64,000 bases of DNA from Octopus sinensis (taxonomy: Eukaryota): positions 4,030,001 through 4,094,000 of the forward strand of contig NC_043018.1 of assembly GCF_006345805.1 (NCBI RefSeq), given 5' to 3'. The notes below the pieces were generated by a model, which did not search any database, was not told the origin of the DNA, and saw nothing but the letters and a program-made list of their open reading frames with translations. Of the stretch, positions 13,000 through 26,385 are shown one piece after another. A program made the translations under genes and the position numbers. How positions within the stretch are numbered: position 1 is the stretch's first letter; the number at the start of each line of letters is the position of its first letter.

Positions 13000-13150
13000 G
13001 CAATTCTCCATATAAATGATAGCAAAGTGTATATCAAATGAAATGAAAACCCTGGTTCAATAGCATTTTTGGTAACAACATATTCCCTCTTCTAATTAAA
13101 TGTTGAAAAAGAGAGAAAATGCCACCCTCTCTTTTGCAAGAGAAATTAAG
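13000..13150 (+). repeat. Dispersed repeat segment, second copy at ~14383-14560
   Basis: Shared aaatgatagcaaagtgt.tatcaaatgaaat...aaatgccaccctctcttttgcaagagaaattaa. Confidence 0.75.
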
Positions 13151-16100
13151 TTAGCTTGGCTCGTGTAGGGTGCATGACATTGCATCTAACCCTTTCCAAT
13201 GTCTAATATGTACATGTGTGACCTTTATGGAGGTTGAGTAATAAGAGGGTTAAGGGAGATGCTCGAGAGAGGGGGAGATTGGAATGGTAGGGGAGAGGTT
13301 TCTCAACCCTCCCTTCCTCTTTACCCAGTGGTATAGCTGAGAAGGGTATAGAAGGGGGCTGTAGTTCTTGAGGTGGGGTGTAGTTCTTGAGCTATATCCC
13401 AGAATAAATACATCATCTTTAAATGTGAAATATCAAGTGTTAAAAAGGTGAACTGTCTCAAAAATATCCAAAATATGTGTTGGAAATTTATCAAGATATA
13501 ACATTTTCTAATCCCTATCCAAGTAGAAATAGTCACATTGGATTTAAATATGAAATATTTAAGCATACTCTAGCTAATTTTATTTGGTCCATTCTGTGAA
13601 TAATTATTTGAATAACTCCTGTCCATATCTCTAACTTATGTTACTGGAATATTGAACTTTAAAATTTACAAAGTTTATCGTATAAATTGAAAGATATCCT
13701 ACAGTGTATATTGCTTAAAGGACTGAATGAATGAATGACTTAATCAATGTAATAAGTTTTCACTGGGCATGTGTCCATATGAAGACCTTTCGTTATTTAG
13801 AAACCTTACTGTTTTTTTTCTTCTGAAAATTACATATGTTGTGTGTAACATCAAGTAATTCATTATAGTAATTCTAGTTCTTCATGGAGGACCCCTGTGA
13901 CTGCAGGGGTTGCAGGAGCTTAGCACTGGCCCTGCTGTAAGTGAATTTATGGTATAGGGTTACAGTTAGGATTAGTATTTAGTGAATATAGTGTTATTGT
14001 AAATATTTCCCAAATTTTTTATCCAGTCACAATTATGTTTTTCAGCAACCAACCTTTGTGTGAAAGTGTTGGTGTGAATGCACACGTGACAGGACCATAC
14101 ACAAAAATTTTGTTTCAGAAAAGTACTTCTTACATACCTTGCTGTCAATTCATTGGATTAATCCCCAAGTTTAGTCACTGGTTCAGCACTTATGTTTGTG
14201 TTCTTCATTCCAAAATAATAAAAACTTAAACATACTTCCAAAATGGGACTTCGTCCATGTGTATCCACATGCATATACGGGCAGGTGTGTGGAGGTGGGG
14301 ATTAGTGTGCAAGGAAAACATTTCTGGAAATGTACTCATACAAATTCTTTTAAAATAAATTATCTTCATATGCCATGTTTGTAATTCTCCTGTAAATGAT
14401 AGCAAAGTGTCTATCAAATGAAATTAAAATCCTGGTTCAGAGACAGATCGACGAAGTTAGTAAAGTTTTAACGTTTTTGGTAGCAACATATTCTCTCTTC
14501 TAATCAAATATTGAGAAACAGAAAAAAATGCCACCCTCTCTTTTGCAAGAGAAATTAATTTTGGCAGCAAGGACTAAACCCCTTGTTTCATTATCACAAT
14601 TAAAAAGTATTTATCTTTACTTTAAAAAAAAGAAATGGGGGTCATAGATGTACGATGGAGAAGTATTCAATATCGTGTTTGCTTCCATCAGAATCATTTA
14701 CCTTTAAAGTGAGAAACAAAACCAACGTATATGACAAGTATCATCATCATCATTTAACAAGTATCATCATCATCAATTACACAGGACTTGAATTTTTTTG
14801 TTTGATACACCAAATTGGTGTATCAAACAAAAAAATTCAAGTCCTGTGTAATTGAGTCTGAAAATAACCACATTCTTTCTGACTGATTTCTGTTGTTAGA
14901 CAGTGGCCATGCTGGGGTCACACTTTTAAGAGTTTCAATTCATTATTTCGACCTTAACATTTTTTCTCAATCTAATTTTGTTGATCCTTTCTGAGAGTAA
15001 GTCAACCTGAACATAAAGGGATCTAAGTAAATATGAATATCAGAAATATTTTGTGCTTGATGCTCTACCAATTTTGCCATCCTTTCCTGGCCTGCATGTA
15101 TTTATGCATACATATATGTATGTATATGTGTGTATGCATGCATGCATAGATCTGTCTATTTATTTATTTGTTTGTCTGTCTCTCTGCATAAGACAGGCTT
15201 CCATGTCCCTCATGTTTCACCTTAAGTTGACCTGAGGGTTAGGTAGTAGACATTTGGACAAGATACTTGCAATAAGATTGAACTTACATGAATGTGGAAT
15301 GGAATACTCAACCACTTACCTAGGTCTGAAATTTAAATTTATATTTTATTTGTTTATTGTTGAAATGAGATTTCATAAAATGTCAGGAGTTAATCTAATT
15401 TTTTTTCTCTAAATGTTAACTTAGGGCTCACCAAGCAACTTCATATGATTACATAAGAAAAAAAAACAAACAAACAAACATTGTTTTTGTTATTTGAAGT
15501 TCAGAATGGCTAAGAATTAATTTAAGAAGGATTAGAGTTAAGGCTGACAAAGCAAACAAAAACTTATAAAACATACAACAAAGCAGCAGGAAAAATCTTG
15601 ATAATAATAATGTCATTTACAAGAGAAAATGAAAGGAAGTTTAACTATAAAAGAAAAGGTTTTTCAAGCTGCCAGTAGAGGGGGGAAAATATGAGGGGAA
15701 ACCAATGAGAAGTGCAGTGATTTACAATGAAAATATTATAAATGAATCTGTTGCTTGGATTTATTGTAGCAGTGTTGTTGGAATGAGTTATTGGTTAATT
15801 TGCAGAAGGCAAACAGTTAAACCTGGTTTATTGTTGCTGCTCAGGTCATACGATGTTGGTCATGCATTAAAAATATATACATGTAGCATCAGCATGATGA
15901 AAGAAATCTAATGCAATATGCAAAATAACTGGATATCAAAATTTACCACTGGGGCTGGATTAAACACAAGGAATGAATATACATGCACTGCTTCATTATC
16001 TTCCACAATTGCATATTGGTTAAGTATGTTAGGATGACTAAGAGTGTGTATTTCATACTGTGACCAAGGACATACTGGAGTTGGCACTGAAAAGGTCTCT

Positions 16101-16908
16101 ATTTATTGACTATGTTCAGTGGACCTTCTATAACACTTTAAAGAAGCTGTCATGTGAACATCAACCACTGACTGGACAATAACTTGGTTGCACATCTGAT
16201 CAAGCTGTGGCTTGATAATCCACCATGTGGTGAGTTCAAGTCCTGCTAAAAATACAAATGTTCTTAGGTCAACTCTAATCAAGTAAATCTGTAATGAACA
16301 CCAGCCAACATCATTCCATCTTTTTTTTAGGTTAACTAGGACTACATTATCTAATATGTCTTTGACTTTCTTGAGATGATATTTTAGGTAGATTTGGTTG
16401 CTATTTCTAGCAGATGGAGTGACTATATAAAAGTTCCCCCATTGGCTTGTGACTTAAAGTGTGTTGTATAAGTAGATGCATTTCTGCTAATTTTGACGAT
16501 CTTGTTTTGATCAACTGAACTACCTGATCATTGACTTAGTATGGATGTGGCTGAGTATTCCACTGGCCCACATGTTTCTCAATGAAATTATCAAGCAGAA
16601 TCAGTGTGACAGTCTTAGACAAGGCTGACTTTTTTAATTATAGGTACCAGCCATCCAACAAGTTTCTATCAATCCACTTTGTCAATTTTGGATAAGTGTG
16701 TATGGTACAGGAAGGAGAGGAATTTGTCATTTGAAGTTGTACTTTAGTTTTTGGAGATATATGAGGTTTCACTTTTGAGTAGTTTTTCTTTTTCTTCTCT
16801 AACAGAAGCATGGATTCCCTACAACAGACATAAAGACACCTGAAAACCTTTCACATGTGCTGTCGGCACAATAAAAGATCAATTGAGGAATGATTATGGT
16901 AAATGCCA

Positions 16909-16971
16909 GTATTCTCCTAAAATCATCATCATTTAGCGTCCGTTTAAATGATGATGATTTTAGGAGAATAC
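16909..16971. other. Perfect inverted repeat (27-bp arms, 9-nt loop) at a mini LINE-tail insertion with 10-bp TSD
   Basis: gtattctcctaaaatcatcatcattta (16909-16935) / taaatgatgatgattttaggagaatac (16945-16971); direct repeat ctcctaaaat at 16914-16923 and 16971-16980. Confidence 0.9.
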
Positions 16972-17219
16972 TCCTAAAATAGTTATACATATTCAAATTA
17001 ATGGGTAAAGCTGGCCATCATAGGTAGAATTCAAGATGAGATAACAAGGCAGGAAAAAGAAATGTATAGATAGTGTCTTAGAGCTGTTTCAAGAATAAGT
17101 GTGCAGACAATTCATTTCCCTGCTGACTACCGGGAGCCAACATTATAGTTGTGATCTATTCTAGAATGAGGTATTACTTTAATAGGAAGTAGTGATATGC
17201 TAGTAGTGGAAGGTGAATC

Positions 17220-17439
17220 TAACCCTTTAGCATTCAAATTATTGTCAAATGCAATGCTTATTTATTCACATTGTTTTAAATTAATCATGCATAATTTTGT
17301 GGCTTCAAGATTTTCATGATGTGAATATGATTTAGAATAGCATTGTAGAATAGGTATAAGGGTAAGATCTGGTCAATTTGGACATAAAGCAGATAGAATA
17401 TTTTGGCTGGATATGGTCAGTTTAAATGCTAAGAGTCAA
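17220..17439. mobile_element. piggyBac-type MITE (second copy ~49121-49351)
   Basis: Ends taaccctttagcattcaaa / tttaaatgctaagagtcaa; internal similarity to 49121-49351 (atgcttatttatt.acattgtt). Confidence 0.7.
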
Positions 17440-17539
17440 AAGAATAGAGGCAGAAAATACAAGTTCATAATAATAGGAAGATAGATAGAAACTAACAAAT
17501 GGCAAGATTAGATATCAAATGTCAAAAGTTTAGAAAAAT

Positions 17540-17965
17540 GTGATAGCTCTGATATCAAAAGCATGCAGCTGAGAATTCTGTGCAGTTGGGCAGGACATGT
17601 TGTTCAAATGCAAAATGATCGCATTCTGAAAATTCTTTTGTATGACCAACAAGTAGGAGTCTGCAGCAAAGAAAGGCTCTTCCCTTTGTATAAGGATATG
17701 TTGAAATAATCAGTAAAATCTCCACAGCTTAATTTAACATCTTGGCAAAGTTATTGCTTAGATTTATCTGAATGGCGTAATATTTCATGATTCATTTGAA
17801 ACAATTTGAGTTGAAGAAACAGAACAATCAAAGAATTACATCCTGCAGCCAACAGATACATTTGTCCAATCCCTGGCAAAATGGAAGTTATCATTGTCCC
17901 CATTGTGAGTTCACTGCAAAATCCATACCTGGATTCAAATTACATTCATGTATCCATTGCAAATG
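17540..17965 (+). pseudogene. RTE-clade (BovB-like) LINE ORF 3' end, degenerate
   Basis: WAGHVVQMQNDRILKILLY...YKDMLK..SW..D..EWR then C-terminal CPHCEFTAKSIPGFKLHSCIH. Confidence 0.75.
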
Positions 17966-18280
17966 GATGCAGCTTCTTGTATTTTTAACCTTTTTTTGTT
18001 TCTATTTTTTAATCCTTTCCTTCATACACTCGTACATCAAAATCAATGGGAGTGACCTTCGTTATTATTTTTCAACAGACAAAATGCCTAGCGATATTTC
18101 TTCTGACTTGTTACCATCTGAATTTAAATTCTACTGGAGTCAACTTTGCTTTTCATCTCTCCAGGCTCAGTAAAATAAAGCACCAGTCAAGTGCTAGAAT
18201 CAATGGCATCTACTAATCCCACTTCTCTCAAAGCTGCTGGCTTTATTCTAAAATTTGAAACTATTATTATTATTATTATT

Positions 18281-18480
18281 ATGGCTGTGAACTGGCTGAA
18301 TCATTAGCATATCAGACAAAATGCCAAGTGGCATTTCTTTTGGGTTTTTAGATTCTGAGTTCAAATTTTGCCAAAGGGAACTTTAACTTTCATTCTTTCA
18401 GGGTTGTGAAATAAAGTACCAGTTGAGCCCTGGTACTTCCCACTCTCCTGAAAATTGCTGGCCTTGTGCCAAAATTAGAA
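18281..18480 (+). mobile_element. tRNA-derived SINE family 1, degenerate
   Basis: gaactggctgaatcattagc head, gagttcaaatt, ataaagtaccagt core. Confidence 0.7.
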
Positions 18481-21400
18481 TTTTAACAATTTATTCTTAT
18501 AAGCTATTATTCATATTATAAAAGCTTATTATTTTTAATTCTCTCACTAAAGCAGTTTTTGACTCGTTTAATGTTTTATTTAAGTTTGTGGATGAGGAGT
18601 AGGGGCTGTATATAATGTATAGGCATGGGTTCCACAATCTTTTAAAAAGTCATGTAAATCCCATGCCAGTGACATGTCAAAACAGACAACTGGAGTCTGG
18701 ACAGCTCTCTGGCTGGCCAACTCCTGTCGAACCATCCAACCCATGCTAGCATGGAAAATGGACATTAAACAGGGATGATAATGATATCAGGGTTCCATGA
18801 CAAATAATGTTGGCTAGCACTGGTATAGAGACTTCCATAAACTATTGTTAATAATTCTTCATATTTGAAAATATTTCTATTCTTCAAGGATTAAAATTCT
18901 ACAAACAAATATCTGTATTGTTCTCTTCACTTTACGTAATTAACGAAGTTAACCATAAGTTTTTAGTTGGTGAGTTAATTATAAATGACTTTGTTAGGAT
19001 TTTACTGATAATTGACCTCTTAAACTATTGAACTTTGTGTTTATTGTGGCAGCTATCTTATTTAAACAGAACAACCACAACCCAAGTCGAAACTGAAATT
19101 CAAATTAATCTCTTTCTGTTTTTTTTTTAGGTTGTCATTGATTCCTTCATTTATTTTACATTCCCACCCACCATCTTTTTTTATGTATTTTCTTTTGTTT
19201 CTGGAAACATGCAGCTGGTAGGATCATTAAGTGGGATGAGGGGCAACTTACCAACAGAAGGGTAGATGGTTCAAGTACTACAGAACTTACTAAATGTTTC
19301 ACATTAGTGACAAGCTGCTTTAAAAAATGTTTTGTGGTACATTAAATTTTTTGGCAGTTTAATATTGAATCATGGCTCATCAGTCACATGTCTAGTTGTT
19401 ATCAGGTCTCCAATATATTTTACTGCAGCCAAATATTTGTGAAATTATGATCTGGTTTGTCTCAATTTTGTAACTGTGTTACAATACTAAAGTATTGTAA
19501 CACAGTGCAGATAGCTCTGGTACGCTAAAATTGATATACTGCACAGTTCAGTCCATCTAGCTGTCGATATGCCCTACCATGAGACATAGTTCCTCTCTAG
19601 GTACAGTGTGGTACAGTCAATGTTAGTGACCAGCATTGTACTAATTTTCAGCACTGCACTCAAATTCTTTACTTTGGCAAATCTGTGTTAGATTGACTTC
19701 CCTTCTATATGAAGTGGTATCTCCCTTCCACCAGTTAGCACTTTGAAAACTGGGATCAGATCCAGTACACTGCAGTCTATTTTGATATTGCAGATGTGAG
19801 CAATAGGAAAACAACAACAAAAAGAAAGCTGTTGCTTATGTAAAATTTTACTTTACCATTTCTAATATATTTATTCTTAGACTTCTTATTCCTTGGCCTA
19901 TTTTAAGTATAACACTGCCACTTAATGTTTGTCTATTAAGGATGTTAGCTGCTTTTGCAGGCTGGCATGATATTACTGCTATTAGTCATACTTAGCTTCT
20001 TTCAATGTAAACTGTCATTCATCTACTTTCTTAGCTTTGGCATTACTGTAATAATCATGTGTTAATGTTATCTAATGATGTAATCAATAAATGTGATTTA
20101 TTGTCTCTATTTGTTGCCATTAAGAAATATTTAGCTTGTTTATTTGAATAAAAATTTTTAAGAAATGACTACTAAACCTTTTGTAATATTTGTATAACTC
20201 TTAAGTACCAACCCATCTGAGGTCCCTATTTCTTGTTTTAAAGTTTACGTGTTTAACCTTTTTAATAATGTCCTGTCCAAGACTACCCCTTGTTCTGTGA
20301 TAAAGTGATCTAAAAAAAAAAACCTTCCATCAATATTTGATGTTAATTTATGTTCCAAATAACAGCTTAATAATGACAGTTATTCTTAATAAATTCTTCA
20401 TGTAACAGAAGGCTTAAATTAGACTTTCCACAATATTTTAATGCAAAAATCTTTAGATACATTCCAAACAAAAGGTTAATAAGGAATTGTAAAGTTATTT
20501 TTGTATATCCCACCAAACTCTCGATTACTTCCAAAGTGCAATGTCAATGTCTTACACTAGAAATATGATTAAAGTTTGAATTTGTAGACTTGAAAATATT
20601 TTTGTATTTTGATTTAAGTTAAGTGTTTAACTCATTCATGACACTATTTTTAAAGAAATACATTATTGCTATGAATTGAATGATTTTAAAAGTAATTTGG
20701 GATTTAGTAAACTAATTAAACTAACAACAAATTGTTACAATGTTAGTATTTTGAACAGAACTTTGTAAAAATGTTTTTACATAAAATTACAATGGAAGAT
20801 TTTTCATTTAAAAATGAACACTTTGTAAGTGGTGTGTTATCACAGAATCAATCTAAAGCAGTCTCAGCAGGAAGTCAGTATCAAAACTGAAGTAAAAGAT
20901 ATTAATTTTTTTTTTAATGCTTATTAAATACAAAATATTAAAACTTGCTGAAGTTTGTCTTTTACTGTGATCAGTAATTATGACAGCAATTTATTTTATG
21001 TGGCTCATTTGAAGTATATGGCTTGCTTCTTGGAATTTCAACTGCTGCTGTAGTTTTTCTTTGATAATCATTGTAAAGTCTCTTGTCTGCTTGTGGAGAG
21101 AGAGAGGGGGGGGGGATTTAAGGATTTGGAATAGCTTTGCTTGTTACTCAAATGAACTAGATAATCATGGAATCTCAGATTTGTTGACTATGTAAACCAC
21201 ACCCTTAAAATTTATTAATTGATTCCAGCTAGCAGAAGAAAGAAACTACTTTAGTGGATTCTATAATATACTAGTGCTGTTGAATTCCAGTTGTTATCCT
21301 CAAAGGAATCTGAAAATAGTTCTAAAGCAGGGATTTCTTTTGTTTTTCGTTTTTTTTTTGTGACCGTCATATAAATGTGTGAGTAACAATATTGCAAGCA

Positions 21401-21963
21401 TCATTTATCTTTCTCTAACATCTCACTTTCTTCATTAATATAAGATGGAGAAACTAAATTTCCTAGATCTAATTTGATAGTATGGTGTATGATAGAGGTT
21501 TTCTTTGCTACTTTCAGCTATCAGCTCCTTCACAACACCACACCACCACTGTACACATGCACTCTGTCACAACCATATTACCACAACACATTCATGCACA
21601 TGCAAACCTATGCATAAATAAGTGCTCATTCATACATTAATATTGATAAATTAAAACCTATTGTTTTGATATCATTTACTTGTATTTGATGGCATATAAG
21701 GCCCACAAGCATGTAAAACTCTTCACTCCTTGTGATTTCAGCAGAGAATATAAAAAAAGAATTCTTAGTGCATTTAAGTATGTAATGTTTATTGATACAT
21801 GTAGCTACAGTATAACAGGAAAAGACATACAAACAAAAACATGTAACAAAAATCTTTTTTTAATAATAAATAGAAAAATATAAAGTTTAACTCACAAATA
21901 TATACAAGAAGAGCAATCATTTACTATGAAAATATAAATAAATTCAATAATATGACAAAATTA

Positions 21964-22197
21964 AAGGGTGGTGAGCTGGCAGAATTGTTAGCATGCCAGG
22001 CAAAATGCTTAGCGATATTTCATCTGCCATTACATTCTGAGTTCAAATTCCATCGGGTCGACTTTGCCTTTCATCCTTTCGGGGTCAATTAAATAAGTAC
22101 CAGTTAAACACTGGGGCCGATGTAATCAACTTAATCTCTTTGTCTGTCCTTGTTTGTCCTCTCTATGTTTAGCCTCCCTGTGGGCAATAAAGAAATA
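21964..22197 (+). mobile_element. tRNA-derived SINE family 1 (tail type A)
   Basis: ggtgagctggcagaattgttagc (A-box-like), ctgagttcaaattcc (B box), gactttgcctttcatcctttcggggtc..taagtaccagt core, tail ending aataaagaaata. Confidence 0.88.
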
Positions 22198-23599
22198 GAT
22201 ATGACAAAAGCACTTTAGCTATTGCATAAAGCATTTCACACACAGCAAGTTATGATTATAGTTCAACAGAAAACAGGAAAGCAGATAAGAATAGGCATTT
22301 AGAATGAAAATATCATAGAAAGCAATTTAGAAGAGAAAAAAAGCAACCAGTTCTGTTGCTCATATATAAAAAAAATAAAAGGAAGGCAATAGAAAGTTTA
22401 TAAAAATATCTGTTCAGTAACAAAACAAAAATGCTAGAAACTTTAAAGCTTAATAAAATTCTAATATTTTGTCTTTATAATGAATGTTTTTGTAGGCATT
22501 GGTAAATTTTGCCTTTTTAATGAACTGGTAACATCAACTTTCTGTTCTTGTAAAACCCTGAATTCATTTTTTTTTTTTTTCGTTATATTCCAATCCCTTG
22601 ACTTCATTCACTCTCAATTTATATGACACAATATAGCATGATATTGCATCAGTTAGCCTGTCCTGAAATACATGATAGGATGAGTATCATACTAACCTTA
22701 TTTACATTCATTTTAAAGGAAACGAGGAAGTACTCTAATGTAAGGAAGAAATCTTTAATCCCTTCTATCATTCATTTCTGTTTTTTGATTTGGAAAATTT
22801 TCAACTGTTTCTTTTGCAAAAACACATTTCCCTATTTGTCTGCTTTCATTGTTGCCCAATTTTTTTAATGAATATAGGGATGGACATCAGCAGTTACATT
22901 TACCCTTTTTTAACTGTTTTGTGACCAACCTGTCTGAGACTGTCTCTGGTTCTAAGAGATCTAAATTGAAACCTCCCATCAAAATTTCATGTTAATTTGT
23001 TTCAAGCACCATATTCGTAATGATACTTATCAAAATAAATTCATTATTTAAAAAAAATAATTGAAAAGCTAAGTGAAACTGTGGCCATTAGAGCGCTGTA
23101 CAATGGAGACAAGCACAGTTTAAACATGAAAAAACACATTGTTTGCTTTATCATTTTCATGTCAAAATAAATCGTTTCAATGGAAAATTATATATCATTT
23201 GAAAGTTTTGGATGTGAATTTTCTTCTCATGTAGTTTTCATTAAAATCCGACAGTTACATATCATGACAGCATATCTGGAAAGTTTGCTGCAAATATTTT
23301 TGCTGCAGGCAAATTTGCCTCAGGATTTTGGGCTGTAGGAAAGTTCGCTGCATAGGAAATTTTTCTGTAGGAAAGTACGCTGTATGTGAAATTTTGTCAC
23401 AAGATAATTTCACCAAAAAAAAAAGATGTTCCTTTGGTATATAATTGTTTCAACCAACCCATCATATTATGGCAAAGCTACAGTTGGTGGGGGCAAAATA
23501 AAGCAATCTAAAAGATATTTAAAAAAAAAAAAAATTCTGCTTCAATAAAAGGTAAAATTAATATGCTAATTTTTTTTGTTTTTGTACATACCTGTGGTG

Positions 23600-24216
23600 T
23601 GTGTCACACTTAAGGAAGAGGTAAAGAGGTTGAAGAGAGAGGTACAAAGAAAATGAGAAGTAAAACATTAAGCAGAGGAGGTTTACTTGAAGTGAGTGGC
23701 AAAGCGGGAGAGAGGGGAGGGACAGAAGCAGAGGAAGTATAGTTGAAGTGAGAGGCAAAGCGGAGGGAGTGAGAGAGACAGGAGATTGATAGCGCTGAGA
23801 GAACAGGCAAGGAAACATAAAGGAGAGGGGAAGGAGGAGGAAACGAGAGAGATTTAAAGAGATAGATTGAGTGAAGGAAGGAAGTGGATAGGGAATAATA
23901 GTGAAAGAGAATGGAACCCATTCTCATACAGGAAATGCTGGAAAACTTTTTGTTTTCAACAATATATGATAAAACTGTTGAAAATATGGAAATTGCAAAA
24001 AGAAATGTTGCTTATCTGTCTGACAGTTATTCTGTTTGTCTCTCTCTCTAACACACTCTCTGTCTCTCTCTCAGCAAGGGGCTGTGGATGGTACTTTGCT
24101 ACAGTTGAAGGGAGAGGAAGAAAGAAGAAAGAGAAATAAAGAATGTTAAGCAGAGGAGGTATAGTTGAAGTGAGTAGCAGAGTGAGAAAGAAGAGGGACA
24201 AAGACGAAGAGAAAGA

Positions 24217-24269
<53 letters not shown>

Positions 24270-24290
24270 TGATTGGTGACTGAAAGGAAG
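23600..24290. repeat. Purine-rich low-complexity region with (GT)n/(GA)n and three copies of a ~33-bp motif
   Basis: gcagaggargt.ta.ttgaagtgag.rgca.ag at ~23672, ~23727 and ~24150; may belong to a non-autonomous Helitron. Confidence 0.55.
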
Positions 24291-24565
24291 GTGGTGTTTG
24301 TTTTGTGCTTTTCAATGTTTATTAGTATTTTCAGAGTGGACAGATACATAACCACAGCGAATATTGGCAGTTACTTTTACTTTTGTACAATATAATTAAT
24401 TACCATATTCTTTATACTGTGTCCTCGGCCAATATTGGATATTACTTTTCTACACTGTAATTGGATGTTACTTTTAAAGATACTTATGTTTTCTGTATTT
24501 TATAAAATTTCCCAGGGTCTCACTTACACATAGATATTTGATACTTATTAAACGAAGTCACTGTT

Positions 24566-26296
24566 TACAGTTCTGGCATTTGTGTAACTCTCGATGCCAA
24601 AGTTTGGGACAAGTCCCTCCAGGATCTTCCAGATGTATATTATGGCATATCTTTCCCACCTACGCTCCAAGGAATATAGTTTTAGTCTCTTGAGTCTTTC
24701 CCAGTAGCTTATATTCTGCATAGAGGCTATCTTCTTCGTGTAGCTACGTTGGATCGCCTCAAGTTCTGTGATCAACTTGACACTGGATGGTGACCATAAC
24801 TGAGAGCAATAGTCAAAGTGGCTTAGGACAAGTGTCCTCCAGAGGACCATCATGGTTTCTTGCTCTCTTGTTCTAAAGGTTCTGAGAATCCATCCGGCCA
24901 GTCATCTACATTTCATTGCCAATTTAGCAACATATACATGAACGGTTGCGTCATCACTCATGTAAATACCCAGGTCACGCACTGATTGTGTCTCTGGGAT
25001 TGCAATTCCTCCGGGTCCAGTGTATTCATTGGGTATTGCATTTGGTTTTGCATGCTGATAGTATAAAGCTTGAAACTTTTCAGCATTGAACTGCATGCTA
25101 TTCTTTTCAGCCCACTTGTATATTTTGTCCAGCTCACATTGCAGGCGTTTAGTGTCCTCAGGGTTCTGTATTGCCTGTGAAACTTTTGTATCATCTGCAT
25201 AACTTGTGATCGTGGCTCTCTGCGTGGCTGAGGGCATGTCTGAGAGGGCCATTATGAACAGTAGTGGTCCCAAGACAGTGCCCTGCGGAACACCGCTCAC
25301 TATTTGCATGTTAATGGCAGAAGGGGGCGACCAGATCTGGGAGCTGTTTCTACAGAGTTCCGACCATGTTTGAATTCACGATGCCAGCGTTTTACAAGGT
25401 CATATGATGGGGCATTATCACCATAAGTTACTTTCATTTCATCAAAAATCTCCTGTGGTGTGCGTCCTTTCAAATACAAAAACCGGATCACTGCTCGACA
25501 CTCAACAGGCTCCATTTCACACTTGACTCGGTTCTACCACCTGACTTCTATCTTTCAGAAAGTCATGAAGCCATTCTCCCAGTTTTCCAACTATGTTGAG
25601 ATCACGCAGTTTGTGACATATCATTCCATGATCGACTTTATCAAAGGCCTTTGCAAAGTCGAGATATATCACTTCAACATTTGAGTGGTTGAGCAGTCGT
25701 TTCAGCACCCAGTCATAGTGTTGTAGGAGCTGAGTTAAACAGCTTCTCCCTGGTCGGAAACCATGTTGGGTGTCGGGCAGCAAGTCATTTTCTTCAAGGA
25801 AGGTGATCAGTTTCCTTCTGACTATTCGTTCCATGACCTTGCTGATGTGTGAGGTCAGAGAGATAGGTCTGTAGTTCTTGGCCTCCGCTCTGCTACCTCC
25901 TTTATGAATAGGGCATTTTTACCTTCCTTCAGTTTTCTTGGAAGTTTGCCAGCTGCATGGAAGCTCTGAAAGAGGAACTGCAGTGGTCTTGCTAGGACTC
26001 TCTTACATACTTTTAGGAGGATTGCCGGGAATCCATCGGGGCCAGTAGCTGAGTCTGTTTTCATTTCATCTATAGCCTTTATTACATCGTCTTCCTTTAC
26101 ATCGATGTAGTCTATCGTCGCCACCTCTGATTTTATATCTGCAGTGGTAAAGAAGTCAGTTGGATTGGTGATTTGGAAATGCCCAAGGGGTGGAGTGAAA
26201 ACACTCTTGAATTGCTCATTCAGTATTTCACTTACCCTCATTGGTTTTCCTGTGAGTGTGCCATCCTTTTCAACGAGTGGCCCTATCCTACAGTGC
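24566..26296 (-). mobile_element. CR1-clade LINE ORF2 (RT) internal fragment, interrupted by a mariner piece
   Basis: ATGPDGFPAILLK; QHGFRPGRSCLTQLL; [14 protein letters not shown]; SGVPQGTVLGPLLF; SYADDTK; YWERLKRLKLYSLERR. Truncated at both ends, with frameshifts. Confidence 0.93.
25313..25534 (-). mobile_element. 222-bp mariner transposase 5' fragment (inverted copy of 27643-27864)
   Basis: Reverse complement matches 27643-27864 with one mismatch (25454/27723); encodes MEPVECRAVIRFLYLKGRTP..SGRP. Confidence 0.95.
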
Positions 26297-26327
<31 letters not shown>

Positions 26328-26385
26328 TATATATATATATATATGTATATGTATATATGTATATATATGTATATATATATATATG
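26297..26385. repeat. (TA)n/(TATG)n microsatellite
   Basis: Directly visible. Confidence 0.95.

Noticed and set aside
21964-22060. A-box/B-box tRNA-like sequences here and in other copies
   Set aside because: They are SINE heads; no cloverleaf or anticodon arm can be completed, so they are not called as tRNA genes.
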